64,000 nucleotides of DNA. Source: a virus (taxonomy: Duplodnaviria > Caudoviricetes). The stretch spans positions 1-64,000 of IMG/VR virus record IMGVR_UViG_3300019374_000291; one strand, written 5' to 3'. The notes beneath the pieces were generated by a model. That model searched no databases, was not told where the DNA came from, and worked only from the letters and a program-made list of their open reading frames with translations. The translations under genes and the position numbers were made by a program. Positions 45,679-55,686 of the stretch are shown in pieces. Every line of letters begins with the position of its first letter. Positions within the stretch are counted from its first letter, which is position 1.

Positions 45679-47816
45679 AGGTGCATCACCCTGTCCTTTA
45701 TTTCGGCAGTTCGCCCCTGATTCCAGAACTGCGTTCCAAGGTAACCGCAGGTGCGGCGGCATACATTCAGTGTCCGCTGATCGCAGTTGCCGCAGTTCGG
45801 GCATTCCCAGATCAGCTTGCCGTCCTCCTCGGTGATCTGTATCTCACCGTCATAGCCGCAGGCCTGACAGTAATCGGATTTCGTGTTCAGCTCGGCATAC
45901 AGGATCGTTTCATAGATATGCCGCATCAGCGCCAGCACCGCAGGGATGTTGTTCTGCAGATTCGGTACTTCCACATAGGAGATCGCTCCACCCGGAGAAA
46001 GCGCCTGGAATTCAGCCTCAAAGGTCAGCTTTGAAAACGCATCGATCGGCTCGGTGACATGAACATGATAGCTATTGGTGATATAGCTCTTGTCCGTCAC
46101 ATGAGGAATGATGCCGTGCCTGCGCTGGAGGCACTGAGCGAATTTATAGGTGACGCTCTCCATCGGCGTTCCGTACAATGAGAAGCTGATGTTTGTCTCG
46201 GTTCTCCATTTGCTGCATTTGTCGTTCAGGAATCGCATGACCTTCAGTGCAAATATTTTTCCGTCCGGCTCTGTATGCGAACAGCCTGTCATCCGGTAGG
46301 TCATTTCCGCAATGCCAGCATAGCCGAGGGAGATGGTGCTGTAATTGTTATACAGCAGGTTGTCAATGACCTCGCCATCCTTCAGCCTTGCCAGTGCGCC
46401 GTTCTGCCAGAGGATCGGTGCAACATCGGACGGCGTTCCTTTCAGGCGGTCGTGCCTGCACATGAGAGCCTTACGGCACAGTTCGCAGCGTTCATTCAGA
46501 AGCTGCCAGAACTTATTCTTGTCACCGCCTGCGCTGCAAGCGACATCCACAAGGTTGATGGTTACAACACCCTGATTGAAACGCCCGTAATACTTGTGAC
46601 CGTCCGAAGGCGTGAGAAAACTTCGACAGCCCATGCAGGCATACACATCGCCCTTCAGCTGTTTCATCACCTTGGCGGAGATATAGTCGGGAACAATGCG
46701 CTTTGCCGTACACTTGGCGGCAAGCTCAGTCAGGTAGTAATATTTTGTTCCGAGTTGGATATTGTCTTCATCGAGAACATAGATCAGTTTCGGGAATGCC
46801 GGTGTGATCCAGACACCCTTTTCGTTTTTCACACCTTCGATACGCTGAAGCAGCGTTTCTTCGATGATGAGCGCTAGGTCATCTCTGGTCTGTCCTTCCG
46901 GCACTTCGTCCAGATACATGAACACCGTTACGAACGGTGTCTGCCCGTTGGTGGTGAGCAGTGTATTGATCTGGTACTGAATGGTCTGCACGCCGCGTTT
47001 GACTTCCCGGCGTACTCGCTTCTCAACGATGTGGCTGATCTCATCTTCAGACAATTTGCAGCCGCAGTCGCAGTTCACATCCTCAAATACTTCAGCTCGT
47101 ATCTTCTGCCTGCTGACATCCACGAAAGGCGCAAGGTGTGCAAGACTGATCGTCTGACCGCCGTACTGATTCGATGCGACCTGTGCAATGATCTGTGTTG
47201 CGATATTGCAGGCGGTCGAAAAGCTGTGCGGCTTTTCGATCATTGTACCGGAAACCACCGTACCGTTCTGCAGCATATCCGCCAGATTCACCAGACAGCA
47301 GTTGTGCATCGGCTCTGCGATATAGTCGAGATCGTGAACATGGATGATACCCTCATCATGCGCGGCGATCACATCTGCCGGGAACAAGAAGCGCCGACAG
47401 ATGTCTCTGCTGACTTCGCCTGCCATATAGTCCCGGAGCGTGCTGTTGATGATCGGGTTCTTGTTGGCGTTCTCCTGTTTTGCCTCCTCATTGTTGCGTT
47501 CGAGCAGGCTCAGGATCTTGCCGTCTGTGGTGTTCATTCTGCGCTGATGTTCATGCAGGAGACGATACTCGCTGTAATGCCGTGCAAGTTTGTACGCTTC
47601 GGCCTTGTCCAGTTCATCGAGAACCATGTCCTGGACTTCTTCGACATGGACAGGTCTTGCAAGGGTGCTGCAGCGTTTTTCTACATTACCGACAATGAAT
47701 CCGATCACGGTATCGCTGATCTTGTCATCGACCTCTGCGTTTGCAGCTGTGATCGCTGCTTTTATCTTTTCGCAGTCGTAGGGAACCTCACACCCGTTTC
47801 GTTTGATGATCTTCAT
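45675..47816 (-). CDS. nrdD: Class III anaerobic ribonucleotide reductase
   Basis: ATP cone IIKRNG; HNCCL; MGCRSFL; YITNSYH; RRTCGYL glycyl-radical motif. Confidence 0.96.
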   Translation of the reverse strand: MKIIKRNGCEVPYDCEKIKAAITAANAEVDDKISDTVIGFIVGNVEKRCSTLARPVHVEEVQDMVLDELDKAEAYKLARHYSEYRLLHEHQRRMNTTDGKILSLLERNNEEAKQENANKNPIINSTLRDYMAGEVSRDICRRFLFPADVIAAHDEGIIHVHDLDYIAEPMHNCCLVNLADMLQNGTVVSGTMIEKPHSFSTACNIATQIIAQVASNQYGGQTISLAHLAPFVDVSRQKIRAEVFEDVNCDCGCKLSEDEISHIVEKRVRREVKRGVQTIQYQINTLLTTNGQTPFVTVFMYLDEVPEGQTRDDLALIIEETLLQRIEGVKNEKGVWITPAFPKLIYVLDEDNIQLGTKYYYLTELAAKCTAKRIVPDYISAKVMKQLKGDVYACMGCRSFLTPSDGHKYYGRFNQGVVTINLVDVACSAGGDKNKFWQLLNERCELCRKALMCRHDRLKGTPSDVAPILWQNGALARLKDGEVIDNLLYNNYSTISLGYAGIAEMTYRMTGCSHTEPDGKIFALKVMRFLNDKCSKWRTETNISFSLYGTPMESVTYKFAQCLQRRHGIIPHVTDKSYITNSYHVHVTEPIDAFSKLTFEAEFQALSPGGAISYVEVPNLQNNIPAVLALMRHIYETILYAELNTKSDYCQACGYDGEIQITEEDGKLIWECPNCGNCDQRTLNVCRRTCGYLGTQFWNQGRTAEIKDRVMHL

Positions 47817-47997
47817 GTCCCGTCACCCTCGCTCTCTTTTCCTTGTCCTCCTGCATCGGACAGCCGCCGTCATACGGACAGCGTTTGCAGTTGTGGTAGT
47901 GGCACTTGCCGTCATGCTTTATGATCGAACTGATCCATATTGCGTGGATCAAGATAATGATCATCATGTAGGTAAGGCTCAGAATCGCTATCAGCAT
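47788..47997 (-). CDS. Small membrane protein with Cys cluster
   Basis: N-terminal TM; CHYHNCKRCPY. Confidence 0.5.
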   Translation of the reverse strand: MLIAILSLTYMMIIILIHAIWISSIIKHDGKCHYHNCKRCPYDGGCPMQEDKEKRARVTGHEDHQTKRV

Positions 47998-48001
47998 AAT
48001 A

Positions 48002-48301
48002 TTAATCCTCCATTTCTTTTTTCATAAGGCAATATCGTGTACGGCATCGTCCGGAGCAGAAGCGTTTCCGCCTGCCTGTTTTCGGCTGTATAAGTTTTGC
48101 ACCGCATATAGGACAGCGTCCGTTCTGCTCACACCAGATCGGATAGTTCAGCCGCGTCAGTTCGCCGGGACCGGCAAGACCGTGCGCTTTACAAAAAAGC
48201 TGGACTTGATTGATCTTCAAGCCCAGCTCCTTCGCGATCAGCCTGTAACCGATGCCATGCATCCGCATTGCCCTGATCTGTTCTTTCTGCGTTTCCGTCA
48301 T
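48002..48301 (-). CDS. HTH plus zinc-finger protein, putative regulator
   Basis: IRAMRMHGIGYRLIAKELGL; CPICG...RFCSGRCR. Confidence 0.75.
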   Translation of the reverse strand: MTETQKEQIRAMRMHGIGYRLIAKELGLKINQVQLFCKAHGLAGPGELTRLNYPIWCEQNGRCPICGAKLIQPKTGRRKRFCSGRCRTRYCLMKKEMED

Positions 48302-48589
48302 ATGTTATCACCTCGGAATCGCCGTCGTTTCGCAGTTTACGATATCCACACGGGCTCCGCCAAGACCGCATGATCAAAATGCGGTTTGGTGATAAAAACG
48401 TGCTGTTTTCACCTTGTTTTGCGTGAAAAACCGCCGTTTTCCTATCCGCTTTTTAACGAAACACCGTATGTATACCGCTGCCGCAGTTTGATACGGCAAA
48501 AATCAGGGAAGCACGGAATTACAAGATTTCCGCAGCGTTTCCCGTGACTTATTGTCGTTTGTAATCTGGCACTATCTGGGTCCCAATAG

Positions 48590-48725
48590 ACCGGGGGCCC
48601 TGCAATTTCGCGTTTTTTCACACGAGAGGGGCCGACGGTCTTCTGTTCGGTATCCCGCAGAGATTCCGACCCGCCCCCCGGGGCAGCCCCCAGTCCCCGG
48701 CCCCGCCCCGTAGATTCCCCCCTGA
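48590..48725 (-). other. Probable cos/packaging region
   Basis: Directly after HNH; G-run then GGGCGGGTCGGAATCTCT...GACCGTCGGCCCC...CGCGAAATT, the layout typical of cos regions in HNH/P27-terminase phages. Confidence 0.6.
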
Positions 48726-48732
48726 GTCGCAG

Positions 48733-49092
48733 TCAATACTTGTACTCAGGGGTGTGATCCTCATTCCGTGTCTTGATACTGTGGTGTCGGTGACAGAGGC
48801 TCTGCCAGTTGCTCTGATCCCAGAAGAGAACGCTGTCTCCTCGGTGCGGTTTGATGTGATCCACATCGGTCGCCTTGACGTAGCGGCCTTGCTTCATGCA
48901 CTCCACACACAGCGGATGTGTCTCAAGGTAACGCTTGCGGGCTCTGTTCCATGCCGTTCCATAGCCTCGGCTGCCTGCGGAGCGTGTTTCCTCCGGGTGG
49001 AGGGCTCGGTGCTTGTCACAGTACTTCGTACCGTAGAGAACGAGCGCTGCACAGCCGGGATGCCGGCACGGTGTGTTCGGTCTGCTTGGCAT
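48733..49092 (-). CDS. Terminase-associated HNH endonuclease
   Basis: PCRHPGC; RGYGTAW; HPLCVEC; VDHIKPHRGD; NWQSLCHRHHSIKT. Confidence 0.93.
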   Translation of the reverse strand: MPSRPNTPCRHPGCAALVLYGTKYCDKHRALHPEETRSAGSRGYGTAWNRARKRYLETHPLCVECMKQGRYVKATDVDHIKPHRGDSVLFWDQSNWQSLCHRHHSIKTRNEDHTPEYKY

Positions 49093-49193
49093 GATCTCTG
49101 CCTCCCTTCTCCGGAGCAGTTATTTTCATTGTGATAGGGGCGGTCAGTCCCGCTTGGTTGATCGTAGGTTTGTGACCGGTCTGAACAACGCCC

Positions 49194-49231
49194 CTCATAT
49201 ACTGTCGTGGGAGAGGCGATTTGTAAGGGGT
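49194..49231 (-). repeat. 38-bp repeat, copy 1; candidate phage-sigma promoter
   Basis: CTCATATACTGTCGTGGGAGAGGCGATTTGTAAGGGGT; 37/38 identical to 61739-61776. Confidence 0.8.
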
Positions 49232-49256
49232 GCAATAAAAATATTTTTGAGTTTTT

Positions 49257-50351
49257 TTATTTCTCCCACGGAAGCCCCTGCTTTCCGAAGTGCCCGTAGG
49301 CAGAAACCTTGTTGTAATCCACATCCAACAGACCGAGAGTTTCGATGATGCCTCTCGGTGTGAGGTCGTAGTTCTCACGGACGTACTGGTTGATAAACTC
49401 CGCATCCTGATGCTCTGTTCCGAAGGTCTCCACATACACGGACACAGGCTCGGCCACACCGATGGCATATGCGATCTGCACCTCTGCTTTATCCGCATAT
49501 CCGGCGCTGACGATATCCCGTGCAATTTTTCTCGCTGCATACGCACCGCTGCGGTCAACCTTGGACGGATCCTTGCCGGACATCGCACCGCCGCCGATGT
49601 GTCCGATGCCGCCGTAGGTATCGCAGGCGAGTTTGCGTCCGGTCACACCGCAGTCTGCAAAAGAGCTGCCGAGAACGAATCTGCCGGTCGGATTGATCAG
49701 TTTCTCAAAGTCAGTATTCAGTCCGTACTCTGTCGCTGTTCTCACCATTAGCTTTTCAATGATCGGTCTGAAATCCTCAACATCCACATCGCGGATATGC
49801 TGTACCGAACAGAGGAAGGTCGTGATCCTTCCGCTGTCGTAGTCGAAGCTGACCTGCGCCTTGGCATCGGCTTTCAGCATACGGCAGGGGTACGCTTTCA
49901 GCAATACCAGAAATCTGGTTGCGATCACATACGGGATCGGGAGCAGTTCCGGCGTTTCATTGGTCGCATAGCCGTACATCATACCCTGATCGCCTGCGCC
50001 GCCGATATTCACACCGAGGGCAATGTCACTGCTCTGGTGATCGACCAGAATCGCAATGTCCAGTTCATCGGCGGAGAAGTCCAGCTTGTAGTCCAGTCCG
50101 GCATCGCTGTTCTCCGCGCCACCGTTGTTGATGCGGTCGAACACATCCTGCACGAGCTTTTCGTAATCCGGCTCGTGAGTGCTTGTCAGCTCACCGGCGA
50201 TGACAAGACAGCGGTTCTTGAAAAGACACTCAATCGCAACACGGCTGCTGCGGTCATGCTGCAAGCAGTCAGTCACGATGGCATCTGAGATCTGGTCACA
50301 GATCTTGTCGGGGTGTCCTGCGGATACCTGTTCTGAAGTAATAATTCTCAT
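49257..50351 (-). CDS. metK: S-adenosylmethionine synthetase
   Basis: SEQVSAGHPDKICDQISD, GAGDQG, GVTGRK, GGGAMSGKDPSKVDRSGAY. Confidence 0.95.
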   Translation of the reverse strand: MRIITSEQVSAGHPDKICDQISDAIVTDCLQHDRSSRVAIECLFKNRCLVIAGELTSTHEPDYEKLVQDVFDRINNGGAENSDAGLDYKLDFSADELDIAILVDHQSSDIALGVNIGGAGDQGMMYGYATNETPELLPIPYVIATRFLVLLKAYPCRMLKADAKAQVSFDYDSGRITTFLCSVQHIRDVDVEDFRPIIEKLMVRTATEYGLNTDFEKLINPTGRFVLGSSFADCGVTGRKLACDTYGGIGHIGGGAMSGKDPSKVDRSGAYAARKIARDIVSAGYADKAEVQIAYAIGVAEPVSVYVETFGTEHQDAEFINQYVRENYDLTPRGIIETLGLLDVDYNKVSAYGHFGKQGLPWEK

Positions 50352-50352
50352 T

Positions 50353-50544
50353 TTATTTTTCCTCCTGATCATTTTTCTCAAATACGCACAAGAGCGTACA
50401 AAAATCGCCGGATACATCAAGCACGGTTGTTTGTGTCAGTCTCATACCGGGCATTTCGGCAAGTGCATCGTTGATCATCATATCGATGGTTCTGCCACAT
50501 TCCTTGTTTTCCATAGCTCCCAGAAATACTCGTGATGTTTGCAT
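50353..50544 (-). CDS. Small hypothetical protein
   Basis: AGGAGG RBS; 63 aa. Confidence 0.55.
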   Translation of the reverse strand: MQTSRVFLGAMENKECGRTIDMMINDALAEMPGMRLTQTTVLDVSGDFCTLLCVFEKNDQEEK

Positions 50545-50649
50545 AGTCTTTTCCTCCTGAATTCTATTTTTGGGTCTGTCTCTCACGGATCTGTACCCCG
50601 TGCTTTGCAATACACAAAAGCTGTCAACGGCCGTTTTCGCAAAGATCTT

Positions 50650-50772
50650 ATTCTCTTAAAGTCTTAAAGTGTAATATATATGTTGCTAATGTTGCAGTAG
50701 TTTTCTATTATAATAATAAATACACAATAAACATATATAGAGTAACCGATTCTATCTGCAACACCAGCAACA
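50650..50772. other. Probable replication origin
   Basis: AT-rich core flanked by inverted repeats TGTTGCTAATGTTGCAG / CTGCAACACCAGCAACA; directly downstream of the primase-helicase. Confidence 0.55.
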
Positions 50773-50834
50773 CGAATAGGCGTAAGCAACGTAAATGCGG
50801 ACAAAACGCATATATTTACAGCACATCACACCTT

Positions 50835-53306
50835 TTACTCTGTTTCACTGATGGGTACGAAGTCATCTTCCGGTTCTTCGCCGACAACCCATATGATATC
50901 ATTGACCATAGTGGTAGTGCAGGCACCTTCTTCATCTCTGGGTCTCCTGCGCTGATACACAAAGCCGGCCTGTTCCATCTTTTTGCGGAAATTGGCAGCG
51001 TTTTCGTACTTGAAGCCGTTTTCGGCGCACCAGTCCTTGTAACGGCTATAAACTGCCTGCGCTCTCAGTTCCTGCCCGATTTCCTTCTTCACACATTGAG
51101 AAGTGAACATCATAATACGATCAGACTGCTGACGATATTCCTTTGTTGCATTCTCAACAGAGTCAGGCATATCCAGACCTTCTGTCATATACAGACGAAA
51201 GCCCTCAAGACACCAGTTCAGTATACCGGATAAATTTTCGCTTCTGGCAAAGAACGACTTTAGGTCGATGTCACGTTCTTCAGCGGTGAAGTGGCGGTTG
51301 AACGGGATTATCTTGATACGGTCAGATTCAAACAGCGTCATATCCGAGATCTGCGGCAGATGGTTGGTATCAATAAACAGCTTGAACTGCGGTTTGAACT
51401 CGAAGGAATTCTCACGCAGGAAACGGGCGGTCAGGATATTGTTACCGGTCATCTGCTTGGTAAGGGATGCATCGATCTGCATGGACTTTTCCGGCTCAGA
51501 GACATTGACCATTCTTGCGCCGTTCAGACGCGCCACATCCTCGGACGGCCCGGAGGAATCCGCAAAGCCTTTCTTACTGAGCATATCCGGCTTTGCCGTT
51601 CTGCCGTACTCACCGAGAATGCGGAGAATGGTTTCCATTGTGGTACCCTTGCCGTTACGGGAAGTAGCACCGTAGAGAATGAACATACATTCAAGTCTTG
51701 TGTCACCCGACATTGCATAGCCGATTGCTTTCTGAAGATACCTGATTCTTCCCTTGTCGCCCTCCATGACCTCGTCCATAAAAGACAGCCATCGGTCACA
51801 GACGGCATCCGGCACATAGTCAACTTCGGTCATCTTTGTGAGCATATCTGCCGGATCATGTGCTTTGAACTCGCCGGTGAGAAGATTGATCGTTCCGTTG
51901 TGGCAGTTAAAGAGAAATTTGTCACGATCAAAGGCAGACATATCAACTGTGACTGCCGGATCGGAAGCGGCGTCCTTTACCATGAGGTCACGGTATTTAC
52001 GCTGATCCAGTTTCTGCACACGTTCAAGGAATCGTTTTCTGGTATCCTCCGATATAATTCTTGGAACGAAAGCAAGCAGCGTATCACGGAAGTCTTTTGC
52101 CATTTCAGCAATCTTGATGTCATGCTGATCGGGACGCCAGACACGGCCGTCATAAATATACCAACGGCCTCTTGTATCGTTCATCAGGATAATGCTGCGG
52201 AAGAAATCCACAAACATTCTGCCATTGCCGATCTGGAAGGATTCATAGCGGGGATTGGTATGCGGTGAAAGCTCATCGACCGTTGTAGAGAGAAAACGGT
52301 AATCAGGTGTAAAGGTGTATCCCTCTCGCTCCCTGCGATCACGCTCTTCCTGAATCGTGCTTGCATCGAGATCTGTAAAGTCGAGAAGAACATCGTCCTC
52401 ATCAGGCAAGCCGCTAACAGGACGATAGATCTCAGAGCATGAGGATACAGCGTTCCGGATCGTGATCTCGCCATAGGTTGCATCGCCGGTTCGTCTGTCC
52501 CATTTGTCACGCATCAAGCCGCTGCTGCGGAAGATACGGTCGATTTGTTCTTCTACGCAGCCGCACCAAAAGCAGAGCATAGACACAAACGCCATGTCTG
52601 CATCTGACTGAGAGTCGTATCCTTCCTCCCATCTGCCGTCATAGAGAGCCTTGAACTTATCACCGGATTTGGATTCCGATGCGTGTTTAATGACCTGTTC
52701 ATCCGTGAAATATGACACAGGATTGCCTTTGAAAGCGGATGCGGCGCGGGTGCTGCGCTTCATGAACGTATCAAGAGCCGTTTTGAGCGCATCATCGTCA
52801 CGTTCTACAGTTCCTTCCCGGAACATATCTCCGGTCACAGTGACAAAGCGGTTAGTCGTTCCCGGCAGATAGACCTCCAGACCGTGCTTGCGGTTGTTGA
52901 TGTAGTACACGGTCTTGTCATAAGCAAAGTCAGGAGAGAGCTTGAAAAAGCCGCGCAGTCCCGTGCCGGAGGGAGAACGTTCAAAATAAGCAGTTGAGAA
53001 GATACCGAGAATGGAAGCCGCCACATCGTTCAGGCTTCCGTCCTCACGGATACAGTGGTCAATATCAATGGCACCGATGCCCTCGCTGACACGATAACCG
53101 ATGCCGTCCCAGCCACCGATCGCATATGCCTTCATAGCGGTCTTGAAGTCGGCGAAGGTGGACGGATCGTTGGTCTTTGCCATTGCTCCGGTCTTCGGGT
53201 TGTACGGCACCTTAGTCGGTCTGCCACTGCGCTTCTCAAGCTTCCATACGCAGAAGGATGCATTGTGTTTCAGTGCATCCGGGATATTTACAAAATTTAC
53301 AGGCAT
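50835..53306 (-). CDS. Primase-polymerase / SF3 (D5, P4-type) helicase
   Basis: IDIDHC, ERSPSGTGLR, SQSDADMAF (NrS-1-like primpol); GATSRNGKGT Walker A; FKPQFKLFIDTNHLP. Confidence 0.9.
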   Translation of the reverse strand: MPVNFVNIPDALKHNASFCVWKLEKRSGRPTKVPYNPKTGAMAKTNDPSTFADFKTAMKAYAIGGWDGIGYRVSEGIGAIDIDHCIREDGSLNDVAASILGIFSTAYFERSPSGTGLRGFFKLSPDFAYDKTVYYINNRKHGLEVYLPGTTNRFVTVTGDMFREGTVERDDDALKTALDTFMKRSTRAASAFKGNPVSYFTDEQVIKHASESKSGDKFKALYDGRWEEGYDSQSDADMAFVSMLCFWCGCVEEQIDRIFRSSGLMRDKWDRRTGDATYGEITIRNAVSSCSEIYRPVSGLPDEDDVLLDFTDLDASTIQEERDRREREGYTFTPDYRFLSTTVDELSPHTNPRYESFQIGNGRMFVDFFRSIILMNDTRGRWYIYDGRVWRPDQHDIKIAEMAKDFRDTLLAFVPRIISEDTRKRFLERVQKLDQRKYRDLMVKDAASDPAVTVDMSAFDRDKFLFNCHNGTINLLTGEFKAHDPADMLTKMTEVDYVPDAVCDRWLSFMDEVMEGDKGRIRYLQKAIGYAMSGDTRLECMFILYGATSRNGKGTTMETILRILGEYGRTAKPDMLSKKGFADSSGPSEDVARLNGARMVNVSEPEKSMQIDASLTKQMTGNNILTARFLRENSFEFKPQFKLFIDTNHLPQISDMTLFESDRIKIIPFNRHFTAEERDIDLKSFFARSENLSGILNWCLEGFRLYMTEGLDMPDSVENATKEYRQQSDRIMMFTSQCVKKEIGQELRAQAVYSRYKDWCAENGFKYENAANFRKKMEQAGFVYQRRRPRDEEGACTTTMVNDIIWVVGEEPEDDFVPISETE

Positions 53307-53782
53307 TCGGGATGTCTCCTTTCAAGGAAAAGCTGTGCAATGACAGCGGTTTCAATACGGTTCATCGCATCGGCATCCGAGATATGCCCTGCATAGCTGC
53401 GGAGCGCATGCTTGCTGACAGTCGTAAGCTGCTCCGCAAGGATCATGGACGGATCCAGATGCTGATGAATATCGGAAATACTGTCGGGGAACAGATGCGT
53501 ATGGCACGGCAGCTCCGGCTTTTTCAAGTGCCGCGTCATGGGAATGATATTGACCGTGTCGGCGTGCGCATTGCCCATATCATTCGAGAGAATGATCACA
53601 GGACGAATGCCGCCCTGCACGCTGGAATCCGGATGACTGCCGAGATCCGCAAACCAGATGTCGCCGCGCTGCGGTTTGTGTTCAGCTGTGTGATGCTGCA
53701 CCGGCGCAGTGATATATTTTCTCGGATCGAAACCGAGCCCTCTGTGGTATTCTGTTTTCAGGCGTTTGTTCTTACGCGCCAT
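53297..53782 (-). CDS. PemK/MazF-family protein with no adjacent antitoxin
   Basis: RGDIWFADLG...VQGGIRPVIILSND...IIPMT...LAEQLTTVSK. Confidence 0.85.
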   Translation of the reverse strand: MARKNKRLKTEYHRGLGFDPRKYITAPVQHHTAEHKPQRGDIWFADLGSHPDSSVQGGIRPVIILSNDMGNAHADTVNIIPMTRHLKKPELPCHTHLFPDSISDIHQHLDPSMILAEQLTTVSKHALRSYAGHISDADAMNRIETAVIAQLFLERRHPECL

Positions 53783-53878
53783 AGTTTTCACCTCCGTGGT
53801 CTGCGGCGTAACCGAATTGTCGCCGCTTTGCCGTCCTTCTGTCGTCAAATGACAGAAGATCATACAGTCTGTATATTG

Positions 53879-55249
53879 TTACAATCTTGCCTTGACTGCG
53901 GCGATCAGTTTCTCCTGTGTTACATCCTTATTGGCGAGAGCAGCAAGCACATCTTCATCGACAGTGTCTTTTGTTACGATATGATGGATCGTGACAGTGT
54001 GCTGCTGTCCTTGTCTCCAAAGGCGGGCATTTGTTTGCTGATACAGTTCCAGACTCCATGTCAGCCCGAACCATATCATAATGTGACCGCCGGACTGAAT
54101 ATTCAGTCCGTGTCCTGCCGAAGCCGGATGTATGAGAGCAACAGCAATCTTTCCGGCGTTCCAGTCAGTGATGTCAGATGAATCCTTGATATCCCTCGGA
54201 GCATAGCCACAAGCGGTCAGATGCTCCATGATACGGGTGCGGTCATGCTTGAACCAGTATCCGATCAGCACAGGCTGTCCGTTTGCCGCTTCGATCAGGT
54301 CTTCCAGCATCTCCAGCTTTCGGCTGTGAATGGTACGCACTTCCTTGTTTTCGTCATAGACAGCACCGTTCGCCATCTGAAGCAGCTTATTACTAAGGCT
54401 CGCAGCATTGGCGGCATCAATATCTCCGTCTTCAAGCGGAATGATAAGGTCGTGTTTCAACTGATCATAAAGCTTTCGCTCCACCGCATTCATCTCGACC
54501 TCATGGTTGACATACACGCACTCCGGCATATCCAAGTAGTCAAGGGCTTTCATGGAAATTGTAATATCCGAGATTTTCTGATATATCTGCTCTTCTGCAC
54601 CGGGACGGGGTGTATATGAGAATACCACACCCGTACTCGGATTCATGCTGCCGGGCTTGAAGTAGCTTTCACGGAATCTGCCGATAAACCGCCCGAGCCG
54701 TTCGCCACCGTCAAGGATGCCGATCTCCGCCCATAAGTCCATGAGACCGTTTGAAGTCGGCGTTCCTGTCAGGCCGACCCAGCGTTTCACGAAAGGGCGC
54801 ACCTTCCGCAGCCATTTGAAACGCTGTGACTGATAGTTCTTGAAGGAACTCAGCTCGTCAATGACGATCATGTCAAAATCCCAGCGCAGGCCGTTTTTCT
54901 CGTAATACTCCACGAGCCATTTCACATTCTCACGATTCACGATGTAAATAAAAGCATTATGATTGACTGCTGCGGTACGCTCCTTGACGCTGCCGACAAT
55001 GACAGATATTTCAAGATTCTGCAAATGATCCCACTTTTTCACTTCGGCAGGCCATGTGTCACGGGCTACTCTAAGGGGTGCGATCACAAGCACTTTGTTC
55101 ACTTTTAGCTCGTCAAACATCAGGGCGTTGAGGGCTGTCAGCGTGATGATCGTCTTGCCGAGTCCCATGTCCAGGAATAATGCCGAAACAGGATGCTCCC
55201 GGATATATTCGATGCAGTATTTCTGGTAATCGTGCGGTGTATATTTCAT
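53879..55249 (-). CDS. SNF2-family helicase
   Basis: LDMGLGKT, IDELSSFK, LTGTP, SAGHGLNIQ, QTNARLWRQGQ. Confidence 0.93.
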   Translation of the reverse strand: MKYTPHDYQKYCIEYIREHPVSALFLDMGLGKTIITLTALNALMFDELKVNKVLVIAPLRVARDTWPAEVKKWDHLQNLEISVIVGSVKERTAAVNHNAFIYIVNRENVKWLVEYYEKNGLRWDFDMIVIDELSSFKNYQSQRFKWLRKVRPFVKRWVGLTGTPTSNGLMDLWAEIGILDGGERLGRFIGRFRESYFKPGSMNPSTGVVFSYTPRPGAEEQIYQKISDITISMKALDYLDMPECVYVNHEVEMNAVERKLYDQLKHDLIIPLEDGDIDAANAASLSNKLLQMANGAVYDENKEVRTIHSRKLEMLEDLIEAANGQPVLIGYWFKHDRTRIMEHLTACGYAPRDIKDSSDITDWNAGKIAVALIHPASAGHGLNIQSGGHIMIWFGLTWSLELYQQTNARLWRQGQQHTVTIHHIVTKDTVDEDVLAALANKDVTQEKLIAAVKARL

Positions 55250-55686
55250 CCGGTATCATCCTCCTCCAATTCATAGAATCCTGCCAGCTCATCGGGATTG
55301 ATCGGTTCAAGCGTTTCACCGAAATCATCCATTTCAGACGGAAGCATTGTGACTTCCAGATCAGGTATCTTTGCTCCAATACCCTCCGGAAACGGTTCAC
55401 CGGGCTTCCATGCCAATATTGCATCAATGCACGGTTTGATCTGATGTAGCTTGTCAATGCAGAGAACCGGAAAGCCCAGTTTCATCAGCTGATACCGTCT
55501 TTTTCTCTGCAGTGGGCGCATCATCTTGCCCGGAGCTTTCAGCTCGACAAACACTGTCTTTGCAGGAAAGAACAGAACGAGTCTGTCCGGCAGCCCGTTC
55601 GCTGTCTGCGATGTCAGCTTATATGCCACACCGCCGGCTGCCTTGACTGCCTTGACAAACTCGTTCTCAACAACATATTCTCTCAA
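55246..55686 (-). CDS. VRR-NUC nuclease (start uncertain)
   Basis: GLPDRLV...FVELKAPG...RPLQ. Confidence 0.85.
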   Translation of the reverse strand: MREYVVENEFVKAVKAAGGVAYKLTSQTANGLPDRLVLFFPAKTVFVELKAPGKMMRPLQRKRRYQLMKLGFPVLCIDKLHQIKPCIDAILAWKPGEPFPEGIGAKIPDLEVTMLPSEMDDFGETLEPINPDELAGFYELEEDDTG

